A DNA stretch of 64,000 bases, taken from positions 231,489-295,488 of the forward strand of contig JAZQCH010000001.1 in assembly GCA_045546195.1 (NCBI GenBank), in the 5' to 3' direction. Under the pieces are notes generated by a model, which worked only from the letters and a program-made list of their open reading frames with translations, searched no databases and was not told the DNA's origin. Shown here one piece after another: positions 7,542-17,291 of this stretch. Within the stretch, counting starts at the first letter, position 1; the number at the start of each line of letters is the position of its first letter. The position numbers were made by a program, and so were the translations under genes. This DNA is from Candidatus Enterousia sp. GTDB lineage: Bacteria; Pseudomonadota; Alphaproteobacteria; Rs-D84.

Positions 7542-10500
7542 ATGGCATACAAAAAAACAGACCCACGTCCAGACTTTACAGCAACTGAAAAACAGATGCT
7601 GTCCAAATGGGCAAATGAAAATACATTTCATAAATCACTGGAAAACACCAAATCCGGTCGTCCATTTTCATTTTATGATGGCCCGCCGTTTGCCAATGGT
7701 TTGCCACACTGGGGGCATTTGGGTGTATCGGTTGTCAAAGATATGGTTGCCCGTTTCCAGACAATGTCTGGCCGTTATGTGTCGCGTGAATTGGGGTGGG
7801 ACTGTCATGGATTGCCGGCGGAAAATTCAGTTGAAAAAAAGCAATCCCGCCCCGCCAAAGATATTGTTGCCACCGACGGGATTGATGCGTTTTGTGACAT
7901 GTGTCGCACGGACGTTATGACATATACAAACGAATGGAATCGCTTTATCACCCGCATGGGTCGTTGGGTTGATATTGGTGATGGCTATGGTTATAAAACC
8001 ATGGATAAAAACTATATGGAATCTATGCTGTGGACGTTAAAGTCATTATATGACAAGGGTCTGTTGTACAAAGATTACAGTGTTAACCCATACGACTGGG
8101 TCAATGGCACGGTTGTGTCTAATTCCGAAGCGTCCCAGGACTATCGTGAAATAGTTGATGATGCGGTGACGGTTTGGTTTGAATTGGAAAATGGTGATCG
8201 TGCGATTGCCTGGACAACAACGCCATGGACATTGCCGGCAAATTCTGCGTTGGCTGTAAATCCAAACATGACATATCTGCGTATGCGTGACGCCGATGGC
8301 GCGGTCTATGTCATCGCAGAAAGCCGCCTGCGCGCATATGAAAAACAGTTCGCCAACGCAACCGAATTTGGCCGTGTGACGGGGGCAGATTTGGTTGGCA
8401 TGCATTATGCGCCGCTGTTCCCATACTATGCGGGCACGTCTGATTTGCTGTATCAAATCATCCCGGCCGACTATGTATCAGACGGTGACGGTACGGGCAT
8501 TGTTCATATTGCGCCGGCCTATGGTGCGGACGACTTCTGGGCGGCAAAAAATATCGACCCAAAATTCCCAGTTTTGTTAAATGTTGACGCCTATGGCAAC
8601 TTTACAGACGAAGTTGTGGACTTTGCCGGTCAAAATATCTTTGCGGCAACCCCTGCGATAATGGAATGGCTGAAAACAAATGGCCGCCTGGTTAAAAAAG
8701 AACAGTATAAACACAGTTATCCATTTGGCGACCGGTCCAAGGAAAAGTTAATCTATCGTGCGACTGATTCTTGGTATATCGATGTGCCAAAAATCAAAGA
8801 TAAATTGTTGGCAAACAACGCAAAGGTTAATTGGACGTCCGCCGGTGAACGTTTCCGTATGTGGATTGAAAACGCGCGCCCTTGGTCAATTTCACGCAAC
8901 CGCTTCTGGGGCATGCCACTGCCAATCTGGGAACGCGACGGGGAATATAAAGTATTTGGTTCAATCGCCGAACTGGAAGAATTCTTTGGTGTAAAAATTG
9001 ATGACCTGCACCGTCCAACATTGGACAAATTAACCAAAGACGGTTGGACACGCATCCCAGATGTATTGGATTGCTGGGTTGAATCTGGTTCTATGCCATG
9101 GGCGTCATTACACTATCCGTTTGAAAATGTGGATAAATTCAATGCGACGTTCCCTGCCGACTATATTATCGAAGGCCAAGACCAAACCCGTGGTTGGTTC
9201 TATGCGTTGATGGTACTGGCGACGGCATTATTTGATAAACCTGCGTTTATGGCGGTATCTGCCAACGGTATGGTTGTGGACGAAAATAAAAAGAAATTCT
9301 CAAAATCCCTGCGCAACTTTGTGAACCCAGAACAACAGATTGAACAGTACGGCGCGGACGCGGTGCGTTTGTATATCCTGGGGTCTAATTTTATGAAGGC
9401 CGAACCCGTCCCCGTTGACAAAGAAGGCAAGGTCTTTGTTGAATCAACAAAGACAATCCAAACCCCATTGTGGAACGCGTATCACTTCTTTACATTGTAC
9501 GCGAACGCGGGCAACGTCACCGCGCACGAAATGACCAACCCAACAAATCCGTTGGATAAATATATCCTGGCGGAATTGAATATGTTGACCGACATTGTGC
9601 GTGATGCATTGACCGAATATAAACCAGACGTCGCCGTCAAAGAATTTGTACGATTCTTGGATATCTTGAACAACTGGTACATCCGTCGTGGTCGTGCGCG
9701 CTTCTGGGACGAAGAACAAGACGCGTTTGACACGCTGTACACAGTATTGACGCGTTTCTGTCGCGTATTGGCACCGTTCGCGCCGTTTGTATCTGAATAT
9801 ATCTATACGAATCTGACGGGTGATGAATCGGTACATTTAACATCGTTCCCAGAAACGGTCGCCACCGACACAAAAATCGTGGACGATATGCGTCGTGTTC
9901 AATCGATTGTATCAACCGGCAAGCAATTGCGCGAAGCGTACAAGTTGCGCAACCGTCTGCCGTTAAATTCATTGACGGTTGCGGGTGCGAATATGCCCGA
10001 ATACGCCGATATTATCCAAGACGAACTGAACGTCAAATCGGTTGTGTTCCGTGAAACATTTGATGATGTTGCGGATTCATTTGTGTACCTGATTACACCA
10101 AAAATCGGTGCGCGCCTGGGTGGTGCGTTAAAAGACATAATCCCATCGGTCAAACGTGGCGATTATGAATTGGTGGGCGATAAATTATTGACCGCGGGCC
10201 ATGAATTGAACGCGGACGAATTTGAAATGCGTCTGACCATGCGTGATGGCGTGACGGGTGCCGCACTGCCCGATAATACGGCGGTTGTTGTACTGGACAC
10301 AGATGTTAATTCAGAATTGGTCGCCGAAGGGTTGGCGAACGATGCCCTGCGCTTTATCCAAGACACGCGCAAGGCAGCAAATCTGGACGTATCTGACCGT
10401 ATCATTTTGACATATTCTGCGGATCCGGCCCTGGCAAACGCGCTGGAAATCCATAAAAAACACATCATGCACGAAGCGCTGATTGTCGAAATGGTTGCGG

Positions 10501-10565
10501 GCGATGGCGAATACAAAACCGAAATCGAAGGCTACAACCTGGCGATTTCTGTAAAACGGGCTTAA
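7542..10565 (+). CDS. ileS: isoleucyl-tRNA synthetase, eukaryote-like type 2
   Basis: 1007 aa; 'PPFANGLPHWGHL' HIGH-region variant and 'KFSKSL' KMSKS motif; N-terminus resembles type-2 IleRS of Rickettsiales and eukaryotes. Confidence 0.95.
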   Translation: MAYKKTDPRPDFTATEKQMLSKWANENTFHKSLENTKSGRPFSFYDGPPFANGLPHWGHLGVSVVKDMVARFQTMSGRYVSRELGWDCHGLPAENSVEKKQSRPAKDIVATDGIDAFCDMCRTDVMTYTNEWNRFITRMGRWVDIGDGYGYKTMDKNYMESMLWTLKSLYDKGLLYKDYSVNPYDWVNGTVVSNSEASQDYREIVDDAVTVWFELENGDRAIAWTTTPWTLPANSALAVNPNMTYLRMRDADGAVYVIAESRLRAYEKQFANATEFGRVTGADLVGMHYAPLFPYYAGTSDLLYQIIPADYVSDGDGTGIVHIAPAYGADDFWAAKNIDPKFPVLLNVDAYGNFTDEVVDFAGQNIFAATPAIMEWLKTNGRLVKKEQYKHSYPFGDRSKEKLIYRATDSWYIDVPKIKDKLLANNAKVNWTSAGERFRMWIENARPWSISRNRFWGMPLPIWERDGEYKVFGSIAELEEFFGVKIDDLHRPTLDKLTKDGWTRIPDVLDCWVESGSMPWASLHYPFENVDKFNATFPADYIIEGQDQTRGWFYALMVLATALFDKPAFMAVSANGMVVDENKKKFSKSLRNFVNPEQQIEQYGADAVRLYILGSNFMKAEPVPVDKEGKVFVESTKTIQTPLWNAYHFFTLYANAGNVTAHEMTNPTNPLDKYILAELNMLTDIVRDALTEYKPDVAVKEFVRFLDILNNWYIRRGRARFWDEEQDAFDTLYTVLTRFCRVLAPFAPFVSEYIYTNLTGDESVHLTSFPETVATDTKIVDDMRRVQSIVSTGKQLREAYKLRNRLPLNSLTVAGANMPEYADIIQDELNVKSVVFRETFDDVADSFVYLITPKIGARLGGALKDIIPSVKRGDYELVGDKLLTAGHELNADEFEMRLTMRDGVTGAALPDNTAVVVLDTDVNSELVAEGLANDALRFIQDTRKAANLDVSDRIILTYSADPALANALEIHKKHIMHEALIVEMVAGDGEYKTEIEGYNLAISVKRA

Positions 10566-10580
10566 TAAAAAGGATAAGTT

Positions 10581-10838
10581 ATGGCAAAATCTTATTGTGA
10601 AAAATATTTTTACCCAGAAAAATATAACACATATAAATGCGAACAAAACGAGCAACGGGTATGTCCGTGTGAATGCTATGCTGCTAATTGGTGTTCACAC
10701 AAATTGTCTTTGGATAATAAAGAGTTTGTAATGCTGGACAGTTTGCGTGCTGTAAAGGCGCAAAATCTAAAAATCTTGGAACAAAACAAACAGATTATAG
10801 CAGAGTTGGCATTACAACAATTACATAAATTAAAATAA
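10581..10838 (+). CDS. small Cys-rich protein (85 aa) with C-terminal coiled coil
   Basis: AGGATAA SD 7 nt upstream; stop overlaps nth start (TAATG); AT-rich relative to flanks; Cys pattern C-x13-C-x7-CPCEC-x6-C. Confidence 0.4.
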   Translation: MAKSYCEKYFYPEKYNTYKCEQNEQRVCPCECYAANWCSHKLSLDNKEFVMLDSLRAVKAQNLKILEQNKQIIAELALQQLHKLK

Positions 10839-11476
10839 TGACACCGGCACAATATTTTGAATTGGTACCCCCGACCGTTGATATGACAATACGGTCGGAA
10901 CTGTACCATACAAATGAATTTAACTTTGCGGTGGCGGTGATTTTATCGGCCCAGGCAACTGATAAAAAGGTGAACGAGGTTACCCCATCCCTGTTCCGCG
11001 TTGCGCCAACGCCACAAAAAATGTTGGAATTGGGTATTGACGGGCTAAAAGAACATATCAAAGTAATATCGTTCTTTAATAACAAGGCGAAAAACATAAT
11101 CGCCCTGGCGGAACGTCTGGTGGCGGAAAATATGACTGACACATTTCCAGACAAATACCACAACCGCGATGAATTGATGAAATTACCCGGTATTGGCCAG
11201 AAAACCGCAAACGTTGTATGTAATGTTTTGTGGCACGCGCCAAACATTGGTGTTGATACGCATGTATTTCGTAATGCGCACCGATATGGATGGGTGGATG
11301 ACGCGGACAATACGCCCGAAAAAGTGGAATCAAAGTTAATTAAAATAATCCCAAAAAAATACCATCCAATTGTAAATCATGTGATGGTTCTGCATGGTCG
11401 ATATACTTGTAAGGCGCTGCGCCCCGCGTGTGATAAATGCCCGGTTGCCAAATGGTGCCCAGCGGCAAAAAAATAA
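10838..11476 (+). CDS. nth: endonuclease III
   Basis: 212 aa; 'VILSAQATDKKVN', HhH 'LPGIGQKTANVV', C-terminal [4Fe-4S] 'CKALRPACDKCPVAKWC'. Confidence 0.9.
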   Translation: MTPAQYFELVPPTVDMTIRSELYHTNEFNFAVAVILSAQATDKKVNEVTPSLFRVAPTPQKMLELGIDGLKEHIKVISFFNNKAKNIIALAERLVAENMTDTFPDKYHNRDELMKLPGIGQKTANVVCNVLWHAPNIGVDTHVFRNAHRYGWVDDADNTPEKVESKLIKIIPKKYHPIVNHVMVLHGRYTCKALRPACDKCPVAKWCPAAKK

Positions 11477-11500
11477 ACCGCCATTTGGCGGTTTTTTTAT
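11477..11500 (+). terminator. rho-independent terminator (bidirectional) between nth and fabZ
   Basis: 'aaccgccatttggcggttttttt'. Confidence 0.7.
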
Positions 11501-11943
11501 TGTTCTTCTTTTACCTTCTGCAGGACGGCGGTAAATGTTGATTCTGCGACCTTTTTCCCACCAACCAACGCGATACCGTGGAATTTATACAAACTCATCT
11601 TGGTCAGCAACAATTCCACATGTAATTCCAGTTTGTCGCCTGGGCGCACCATATGCGAAAACTTAATCTTTTCCATTGTGGTAAAGTACCCCAGCATGTT
11701 TTCGCGTTCCGCATCTGATAATCTGCTGAACGCGACAAAGCATGCGGTTTGTGCCAATGCTTCGACCTGTAAAACGCCGGGCATAATCGGATTGCCTGGG
11801 AAATGCCCGTCGCACCAGAATTCATCATCGCGAACATATTTCACACCAACTGCGCTGGTATCGCTGTATTCACGAATTTCATCAACCAATCGCATATTGC
11901 CGCGATGTGGAATAATTTGTTCAATTTCTTTTGCGTCAATCAT
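11497..11943 (-). CDS. fabZ: 3-hydroxyacyl-ACP dehydratase
   Basis: 148 aa; 'IIPHRGNMRLVDEI', 'HFPGNPIMPGVLQVEALAQ' hot-dog motif. Confidence 0.9.
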   Translation of the reverse strand: MIDAKEIEQIIPHRGNMRLVDEIREYSDTSAVGVKYVRDDEFWCDGHFPGNPIMPGVLQVEALAQTACFVAFSRLSDAERENMLGYFTTMEKIKFSHMVRPGDKLELHVELLLTKMSLYKFHGIALVGGKKVAESTFTAVLQKVKEEQ

Positions 11944-11958
11944 TTTTTGTTCCCCCTC

Positions 11959-13002
11959 TTAATTCTTCATCTGTTTTCTCAGCCATGCATAATGACGCAT
12001 AAATTCAGTCCCTGGCCCCGCCGGGTATCCCATATACGATTCACCGTCTGGAATATTGCGGAAAACGCCACTGTTTGCGCCAACGGACGCATCGTTTCCA
12101 ATCTTTACGCCGTTTGCCACACCAACATGTCCCCCCAGCAGCACGCGGTCACCAACAACCACACCGCCGGCCAATCCAACCCCGCTGGCCAAGAAACATT
12201 CGCACCCAACAACAACCCCATGCGCAATCTGGCACAGATTGTCGATTTTTGTGCCATCACCGATGCGTGTATCTGTCATTGCGCCACGGTCAATACATGT
12301 GTTTGCCCCAACTGATACGCGGTCACCAATCACCACGCGTCCAACATGTGGGATAAATATATTTTTGCCGTTTTGCCGTGTGTATCCAAACCCATCTTTG
12401 CCAATAACCGCGTTTGCGTTAATCACGCAATCTGCGCCAATGGTTGCGTTTTCGATATGTGCGCCGGTCTGGACAACTGTCCCGCGTCCCAACACAACCC
12501 CGCGCCCGATATACGCGCCCGGATAAATCTTGACCCCTGGTTCAATCACCGCCCCGCGTTCAATGGTCACGAATTGCCCAACATATGTCGTGCGTTTTTT
12601 TCTGAAAAAGACACCGCGTTCGATAAAGGCATGCTTGCTGATGCCAAATCGTGGTTTTTCGCGATAAATTTCCCCCAGAATTTTAACAATATTCCCACGC
12701 GGACTGTCTGTGATTAACAGTGTCGCCCCCTTTGGCGCGTGTTTTGCCATTTCAGGTTGTACCAAAATCACAGTTGCGCGCGTATTTTCCAGCACACTGA
12801 TGGGCAGGATTTTAAACGCATTACTGTTTTGTTCTGTTGAATAGAACGCCAATTGACCCGCGCGTGCATCTGCGATTGGTGCGACGCCCCGCACCGGCGC
12901 ATTTGCGTCCCCGCGCAATTCCAGACCAAACATAGTCGCCAATGCGCCGGCTGTTGTTTTATTTGCCGCCGGCATAAACAAAGATTTTATTGCTTTCATC
13001 AT
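11959..13002 (-). CDS. lpxD: UDP-3-O-(3-hydroxyacyl)glucosamine N-acyltransferase
   Basis: left-handed beta-helix hexapeptide repeats; N-terminal '[30 protein letters not shown]'; start trimmed to MMKAIK from ORF track 13101. Confidence 0.85.
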   Translation of the reverse strand: MMKAIKSLFMPAANKTTAGALATMFGLELRGDANAPVRGVAPIADARAGQLAFYSTEQNSNAFKILPISVLENTRATVILVQPEMAKHAPKGATLLITDSPRGNIVKILGEIYREKPRFGISKHAFIERGVFFRKKRTTYVGQFVTIERGAVIEPGVKIYPGAYIGRGVVLGRGTVVQTGAHIENATIGADCVINANAVIGKDGFGYTRQNGKNIFIPHVGRVVIGDRVSVGANTCIDRGAMTDTRIGDGTKIDNLCQIAHGVVVGCECFLASGVGLAGGVVVGDRVLLGGHVGVANGVKIGNDASVGANSGVFRNIPDGESYMGYPAGPGTEFMRHYAWLRKQMKN

Positions 13003-13186
13003 AGTGAACCGATTATAGATAAAAAAAATTCCACATTCCACATTTTTATAAAAGATTATAATTTTACTTGCGTTTTCAGATTCTGTCTTTATAATAAGCA
13101 TTGTTCTTAAATAATAATTTAAGGGCGGGGTCGAAAAAACCCCGCCCTTCTACTAAGACATGTAATAACGCAAAGGAGTGTAGAAG

Positions 13187-14725
13187 ATGTCTTTTGTATC
13201 GATGCCTCGTCAGGATTTATTGCTTGCGATTGATTCGTTGGCCCAGGAAAAGCAGATTGACCGTGAAATTGTTTTTGAATCGCTGGAAATTGCTGTTGCC
13301 AAGATTGCCAAACACAAATACGGCGAAGAATTTAATATTGTCGCCGATATTGATCGCAAGAACGGTGCGATACATGTAAAACGTTTGTTTGATGTTATCG
13401 AATCCCCAGAATCTGTGGGCGAAGAATACGATCCAAACACTATGTTGACGGTATCCCAGGCAAAAAAGTATGCCAAGAATCCGGTTGTCGGTGATGTGGT
13501 CGCAGATGCGCTGCCTGAACCTGAATTTGGTCGTATGGCATTTCAGACTGCGAAACAGATTATGACAACGCGCGTTCGCGACGCGGAAAAGGGTCGTCAG
13601 TTCGAAGAATTCAAAGACAACATCGGCGACATCGTCAGCGGTATTGTAAAGCGCATCGAATTCGGCAGTGTTTATGTCGATATCAACGGCAAAGCCGAAG
13701 GTTATATCAAAGGCACCGAATTGATCCCAGGCGAACGCCTGAATGTTGGCGACCGTGTCCGCGCCTTGATTATGGATGTTGCGCGTTCAAATACGGGCCC
13801 TCAGATTTTCCTGACGCGTACACATCCGATGTTCATGGAAAAACTGTTTGTCCAGGAAGTGCCTGAAATCTACGAAGGTATTATTAAAATCAAATCCGTT
13901 GCGCGTGCGCCGGGTTCACATGCGAAGATTGCGGTTGAAACGGCGGACCCATCTATTGACGCCGTTGGTATGACTGTTGGGATTAAGGGTACCCGTATCC
14001 AGCCTGTTATCAACGAATGTCATGGTGAAAAGATTGACGTTATTCTGTATTCCGAAGACCCAGCCGTATTCATTGTTAACGCGATGCAACCGGCCAAGGT
14101 CGCAAAAATCATCGTTGACGAAGATACACGCAGCGCGGCCGTCGTTGTTAACGAAGACCAGCAATCATTGGCGATTGGTCGCCGTGGCCAGAACGTTCGC
14201 CTGGCGTCCCAGTTGACCGGCTGGAACATCGATGTTATGAACGAAGCCGAAGAACAAGAACGCCGTGCCAAGGAATTCAAGGAAAAAACAGAACTGTTTA
14301 TCGGCGGGTTGGATGTTGATGAAATGATTGCCCAACTGCTGATTACCGAAGGGTTCCGCACAATCGAAGAAATCGCATTTGTTGACATTTCCGAACTGGA
14401 AAGCATCGAAGGCTTTAATCCAGAATTGGCGGCTGAATTACAGAAACGTGCCAAAGACTATCTGGAACGCGTTGAACGCGACTATATTGATGCGGGTCAC
14501 AAATTGGGCATGTCCGACGACCTGTTGACATTTGACTTTATTAAACGTCCAACAATCATGAAACTGGGCGAATCTGGCATTAAATCATTGGATGATTTGG
14601 CGGATTTGGCGACCGATGAATTGGTTGAAATCCTGGGCGAAGATACAATGTCATCCCGTTTGGCGGGCCGCGTTATTATGAAGGCGCGTGAACTGGCATA
14701 CGGCATAACAAAAGATAACGAATAA
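13187..14725 (+). CDS. nusA: transcription termination/antitermination factor NusA
   Basis: 512 aa; N-terminal NusA domain, S1 and KH regions, C-terminal acidic repeats. Confidence 0.95.
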   Translation: MSFVSMPRQDLLLAIDSLAQEKQIDREIVFESLEIAVAKIAKHKYGEEFNIVADIDRKNGAIHVKRLFDVIESPESVGEEYDPNTMLTVSQAKKYAKNPVVGDVVADALPEPEFGRMAFQTAKQIMTTRVRDAEKGRQFEEFKDNIGDIVSGIVKRIEFGSVYVDINGKAEGYIKGTELIPGERLNVGDRVRALIMDVARSNTGPQIFLTRTHPMFMEKLFVQEVPEIYEGIIKIKSVARAPGSHAKIAVETADPSIDAVGMTVGIKGTRIQPVINECHGEKIDVILYSEDPAVFIVNAMQPAKVAKIIVDEDTRSAAVVVNEDQQSLAIGRRGQNVRLASQLTGWNIDVMNEAEEQERRAKEFKEKTELFIGGLDVDEMIAQLLITEGFRTIEEIAFVDISELESIEGFNPELAAELQKRAKDYLERVERDYIDAGHKLGMSDDLLTFDFIKRPTIMKLGESGIKSLDDLADLATDELVEILGEDTMSSRLAGRVIMKARELAYGITKDNE

Positions 14726-14755
14726 ACCACACAAAACAGACGGAGTTGTTAAAAC

Positions 14756-17170
14756 ATGGCAACATTGACACTTGGAAAATCTGTAACAACTGATGCGGTG
14801 CGCAGCAAAAAGGGCGACGCGGTCTTTGTCGAACGTCGTCGTCGCGTCGTCGCCCCCGGCAGCAAGGAATTGCGTGACGAACCGGTTGCACCATCTGCGC
14901 CAAAAAATGCGGCCGACGAAAAGTTGCGTGCCGTCTTGGCTGCGGCCAAGGCGCGCGAAGAAGAACGCAAACAACGCGCCGCCGAAGAGGCCGCCGCCCG
15001 CGCCGCCCGCGATGCGGAAATTGAACGCGAAAATCGCGAATACGAACAGGTTCGCGAACAGTTGGCTGCGCGTGAAAACGCGACCGTTGCGGATACATCT
15101 GATGTTGCCGAAGATGCGCCCGCCGCGCCCCAGCCGAAATCTGCCCCCGCCCCCAAGGTGTTCACAAATAACGCTGTTGCGGGGACATCGCGCCGTGGTC
15201 GTAATGCGGACGACGAAGACATGCGTCCAACCAAATTTAACAACTCTAAAAAAGATTTCAAAAAATCTGGCAAAATTCACCTGAACGACATTGTTATGGG
15301 TGGTGGCGATGATGACGATGATGAAATCGGAATCCGCGGTGCAAATCGTCGCCGTTCCGAAGCGTCCCTGAAACGATTCCGTGAAAAGGCGCGCGCCGTA
15401 TTTGCCGCCCCGCAAAAGGTGGAACATGTTGTAAGCCTGGGTGACACAATCACGGTCAAAGACCTGGCGGCGGCCATGGCTGAAAAGGCCGGCAATGTTA
15501 TCAAGAAACTGATGGAAATGGGTATGATGGTATCCGTGAACCAGTCTATTGATGCCGACACCGCTGAATTGATTGCGACTGAATTTGGTGCGACCGTTAA
15601 ACGCGTTGTTGTTAAACCATACGCAGAAATTCTGGAACGCGAACCGAACCCAGAACGTATGACACCGCGCGCGCCGGTTGTGACGGTTGTGGGCCACGTT
15701 GACCATGGTAAGACATCGCTGTTGGATGCGTTCCGTAATGCGAACGTTGCCGCCGGCGAAGCAGGTGGTATTACCCAGCACGTTTCATCATACGAAGTTA
15801 AAACCAAGTCTGGTGCCATGATAACTTTCCTGGACACGCCGGGTCACGAAACATTTACAGCCATGCGTGCGCGTGGTGCCCAGATGGCGGACATTGTGGT
15901 ATTGGTTGTTGCGGCAAATGATTCTATTATGCCCCAAACAATCGAAGCGATTAACCACATCCGCGCCGCAAACGTACCGTTTATCGTTGCGATTAACAAA
16001 ATCGATTTGCCAGAGGCAAACCCAACCCGCGTTAAAACCGACCTGTTACAACAGGAAGTCCAGGTCGAAGAAATGGGTGGCGATGTTCAATGTGTTGAAA
16101 TTTCTGCGACCAAGAAAATTGGTTTGGATAAACTGGAAGATGCGATATTGCTTCAGGCTGAAATGATGGAACTGACGGCGGATGCCGAAATGTCTGCGGT
16201 CGCCTATGTTGTCGAAGCCAAGATGGAAAAAGGTCTGGGCGCGGTCGCAACCGTTCTGATGCGCCAAGGCACATTGAAAATCGGTGATGTGTTCGTTGTT
16301 GGTGAAACATTTGGTCGTGTTCGTGGTCTGATTAACTCTGCGGGCGAACGCGTAAAGTCGGTTAAGCCGGGCCAGCCGGCTGTGGTATTGGGGCTGAACA
16401 GCGTCCCAGGTGCCGGTGACGAACTGCGCGTTATGGAAACCGAGGCACAAACCCGCGAAGTTGCCGCATATCGCGCGCAGTTGGCCAAGGACAAAGCAAA
16501 CGCAGTCAAACGTTCATCCCTGGAAGAATTGTTTGCCAAACGTGACGAGTCCAAGAAACTGATATTACCAATTATCCTGCGTGCCGACGTCCAGGGTTCG
16601 GTCGAAGCAATTTCCGACATGGTCAAAGAAATCGCAACCGACAAAGTTGGTGTTGAAATCTTGTCATCTGGCGTTGGTCAGATTACCGAAGGTGACATCC
16701 GCCTGGCGACGGCATCTGGCGCAGTTGTTATTGCCTTTAACGTTCGTGCGGATTCTGCGGTTCGTGACATGGCGCGCAACAACGGTGTTGATATTCGCTA
16801 TCACAGTGTTGTGTACCGCATCACAGACGAAATCAAAGAAATCCTGTCGGGTAAATTGGCGCCTGAAAAGCATGAAACATTTATCGGCTATGCGGACGTT
16901 ATCGCCCTGTTCACCGTGGGCAAAGGCATCCGCGTTGCGGGTTGTCGCATGACCGAAGGTACGATTAAGAAAGACGCGTTCGTACGCCTGTTGCGCAATA
17001 ACGTTGTTATCTATGACGGCAAAATTGGGCAACTGCGCCGTGAAAAGAACGAAGTCAAAGAAGTATCTGGTGGCGTTGAATTCGGTATGTCTTTTGACAA
17101 GTATAACGACCTGAAAGAAGGCGACCGTGTCGAATGCTACGAAGTCGAAGAAGTTCGCGCCCAGTTATAA
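14756..17170 (+). CDS. infB: translation initiation factor IF-2
   Basis: 804 aa; G-domain '[12 protein letters not shown]', 'DTPGHETF', 'NKIDL'; charged N-terminal region. Confidence 0.95.
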   Translation: MATLTLGKSVTTDAVRSKKGDAVFVERRRRVVAPGSKELRDEPVAPSAPKNAADEKLRAVLAAAKAREEERKQRAAEEAAARAARDAEIERENREYEQVREQLAARENATVADTSDVAEDAPAAPQPKSAPAPKVFTNNAVAGTSRRGRNADDEDMRPTKFNNSKKDFKKSGKIHLNDIVMGGGDDDDDEIGIRGANRRRSEASLKRFREKARAVFAAPQKVEHVVSLGDTITVKDLAAAMAEKAGNVIKKLMEMGMMVSVNQSIDADTAELIATEFGATVKRVVVKPYAEILEREPNPERMTPRAPVVTVVGHVDHGKTSLLDAFRNANVAAGEAGGITQHVSSYEVKTKSGAMITFLDTPGHETFTAMRARGAQMADIVVLVVAANDSIMPQTIEAINHIRAANVPFIVAINKIDLPEANPTRVKTDLLQQEVQVEEMGGDVQCVEISATKKIGLDKLEDAILLQAEMMELTADAEMSAVAYVVEAKMEKGLGAVATVLMRQGTLKIGDVFVVGETFGRVRGLINSAGERVKSVKPGQPAVVLGLNSVPGAGDELRVMETEAQTREVAAYRAQLAKDKANAVKRSSLEELFAKRDESKKLILPIILRADVQGSVEAISDMVKEIATDKVGVEILSSGVGQITEGDIRLATASGAVVIAFNVRADSAVRDMARNNGVDIRYHSVVYRITDEIKEILSGKLAPEKHETFIGYADVIALFTVGKGIRVAGCRMTEGTIKKDAFVRLLRNNVVIYDGKIGQLRREKNEVKEVSGGVEFGMSFDKYNDLKEGDRVECYEVEEVRAQL

Positions 17171-17196
17171 AAAATCCCCGCCACATGGCGGGATTT
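17171..17196 (+). terminator. rho-independent terminator after infB
   Basis: 'aaaatccccgccacatggcgggattttt'. Confidence 0.7.
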
Positions 17197-17291
17197 TTAA
17201 TTGTGGTCTTTTTTCTTAATATCTTGAAATTTGAATTTAATCTGGTACGATTTGAACCAGATTATTTTTTTATAACCGCAGGACGATAAAC

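Noticed and set aside
14651-15781. 376-aa ORF on the minus strand opposite infB, plus several other 100-190-aa antisense ORFs opposite infB, nusA and lpxD
   Set aside because: They lie entirely inside well-supported conserved genes on the other strand. They are Arg/Gly/Ala-rich products of GC-rich antisense frames. They have no SD or start context and no domain.
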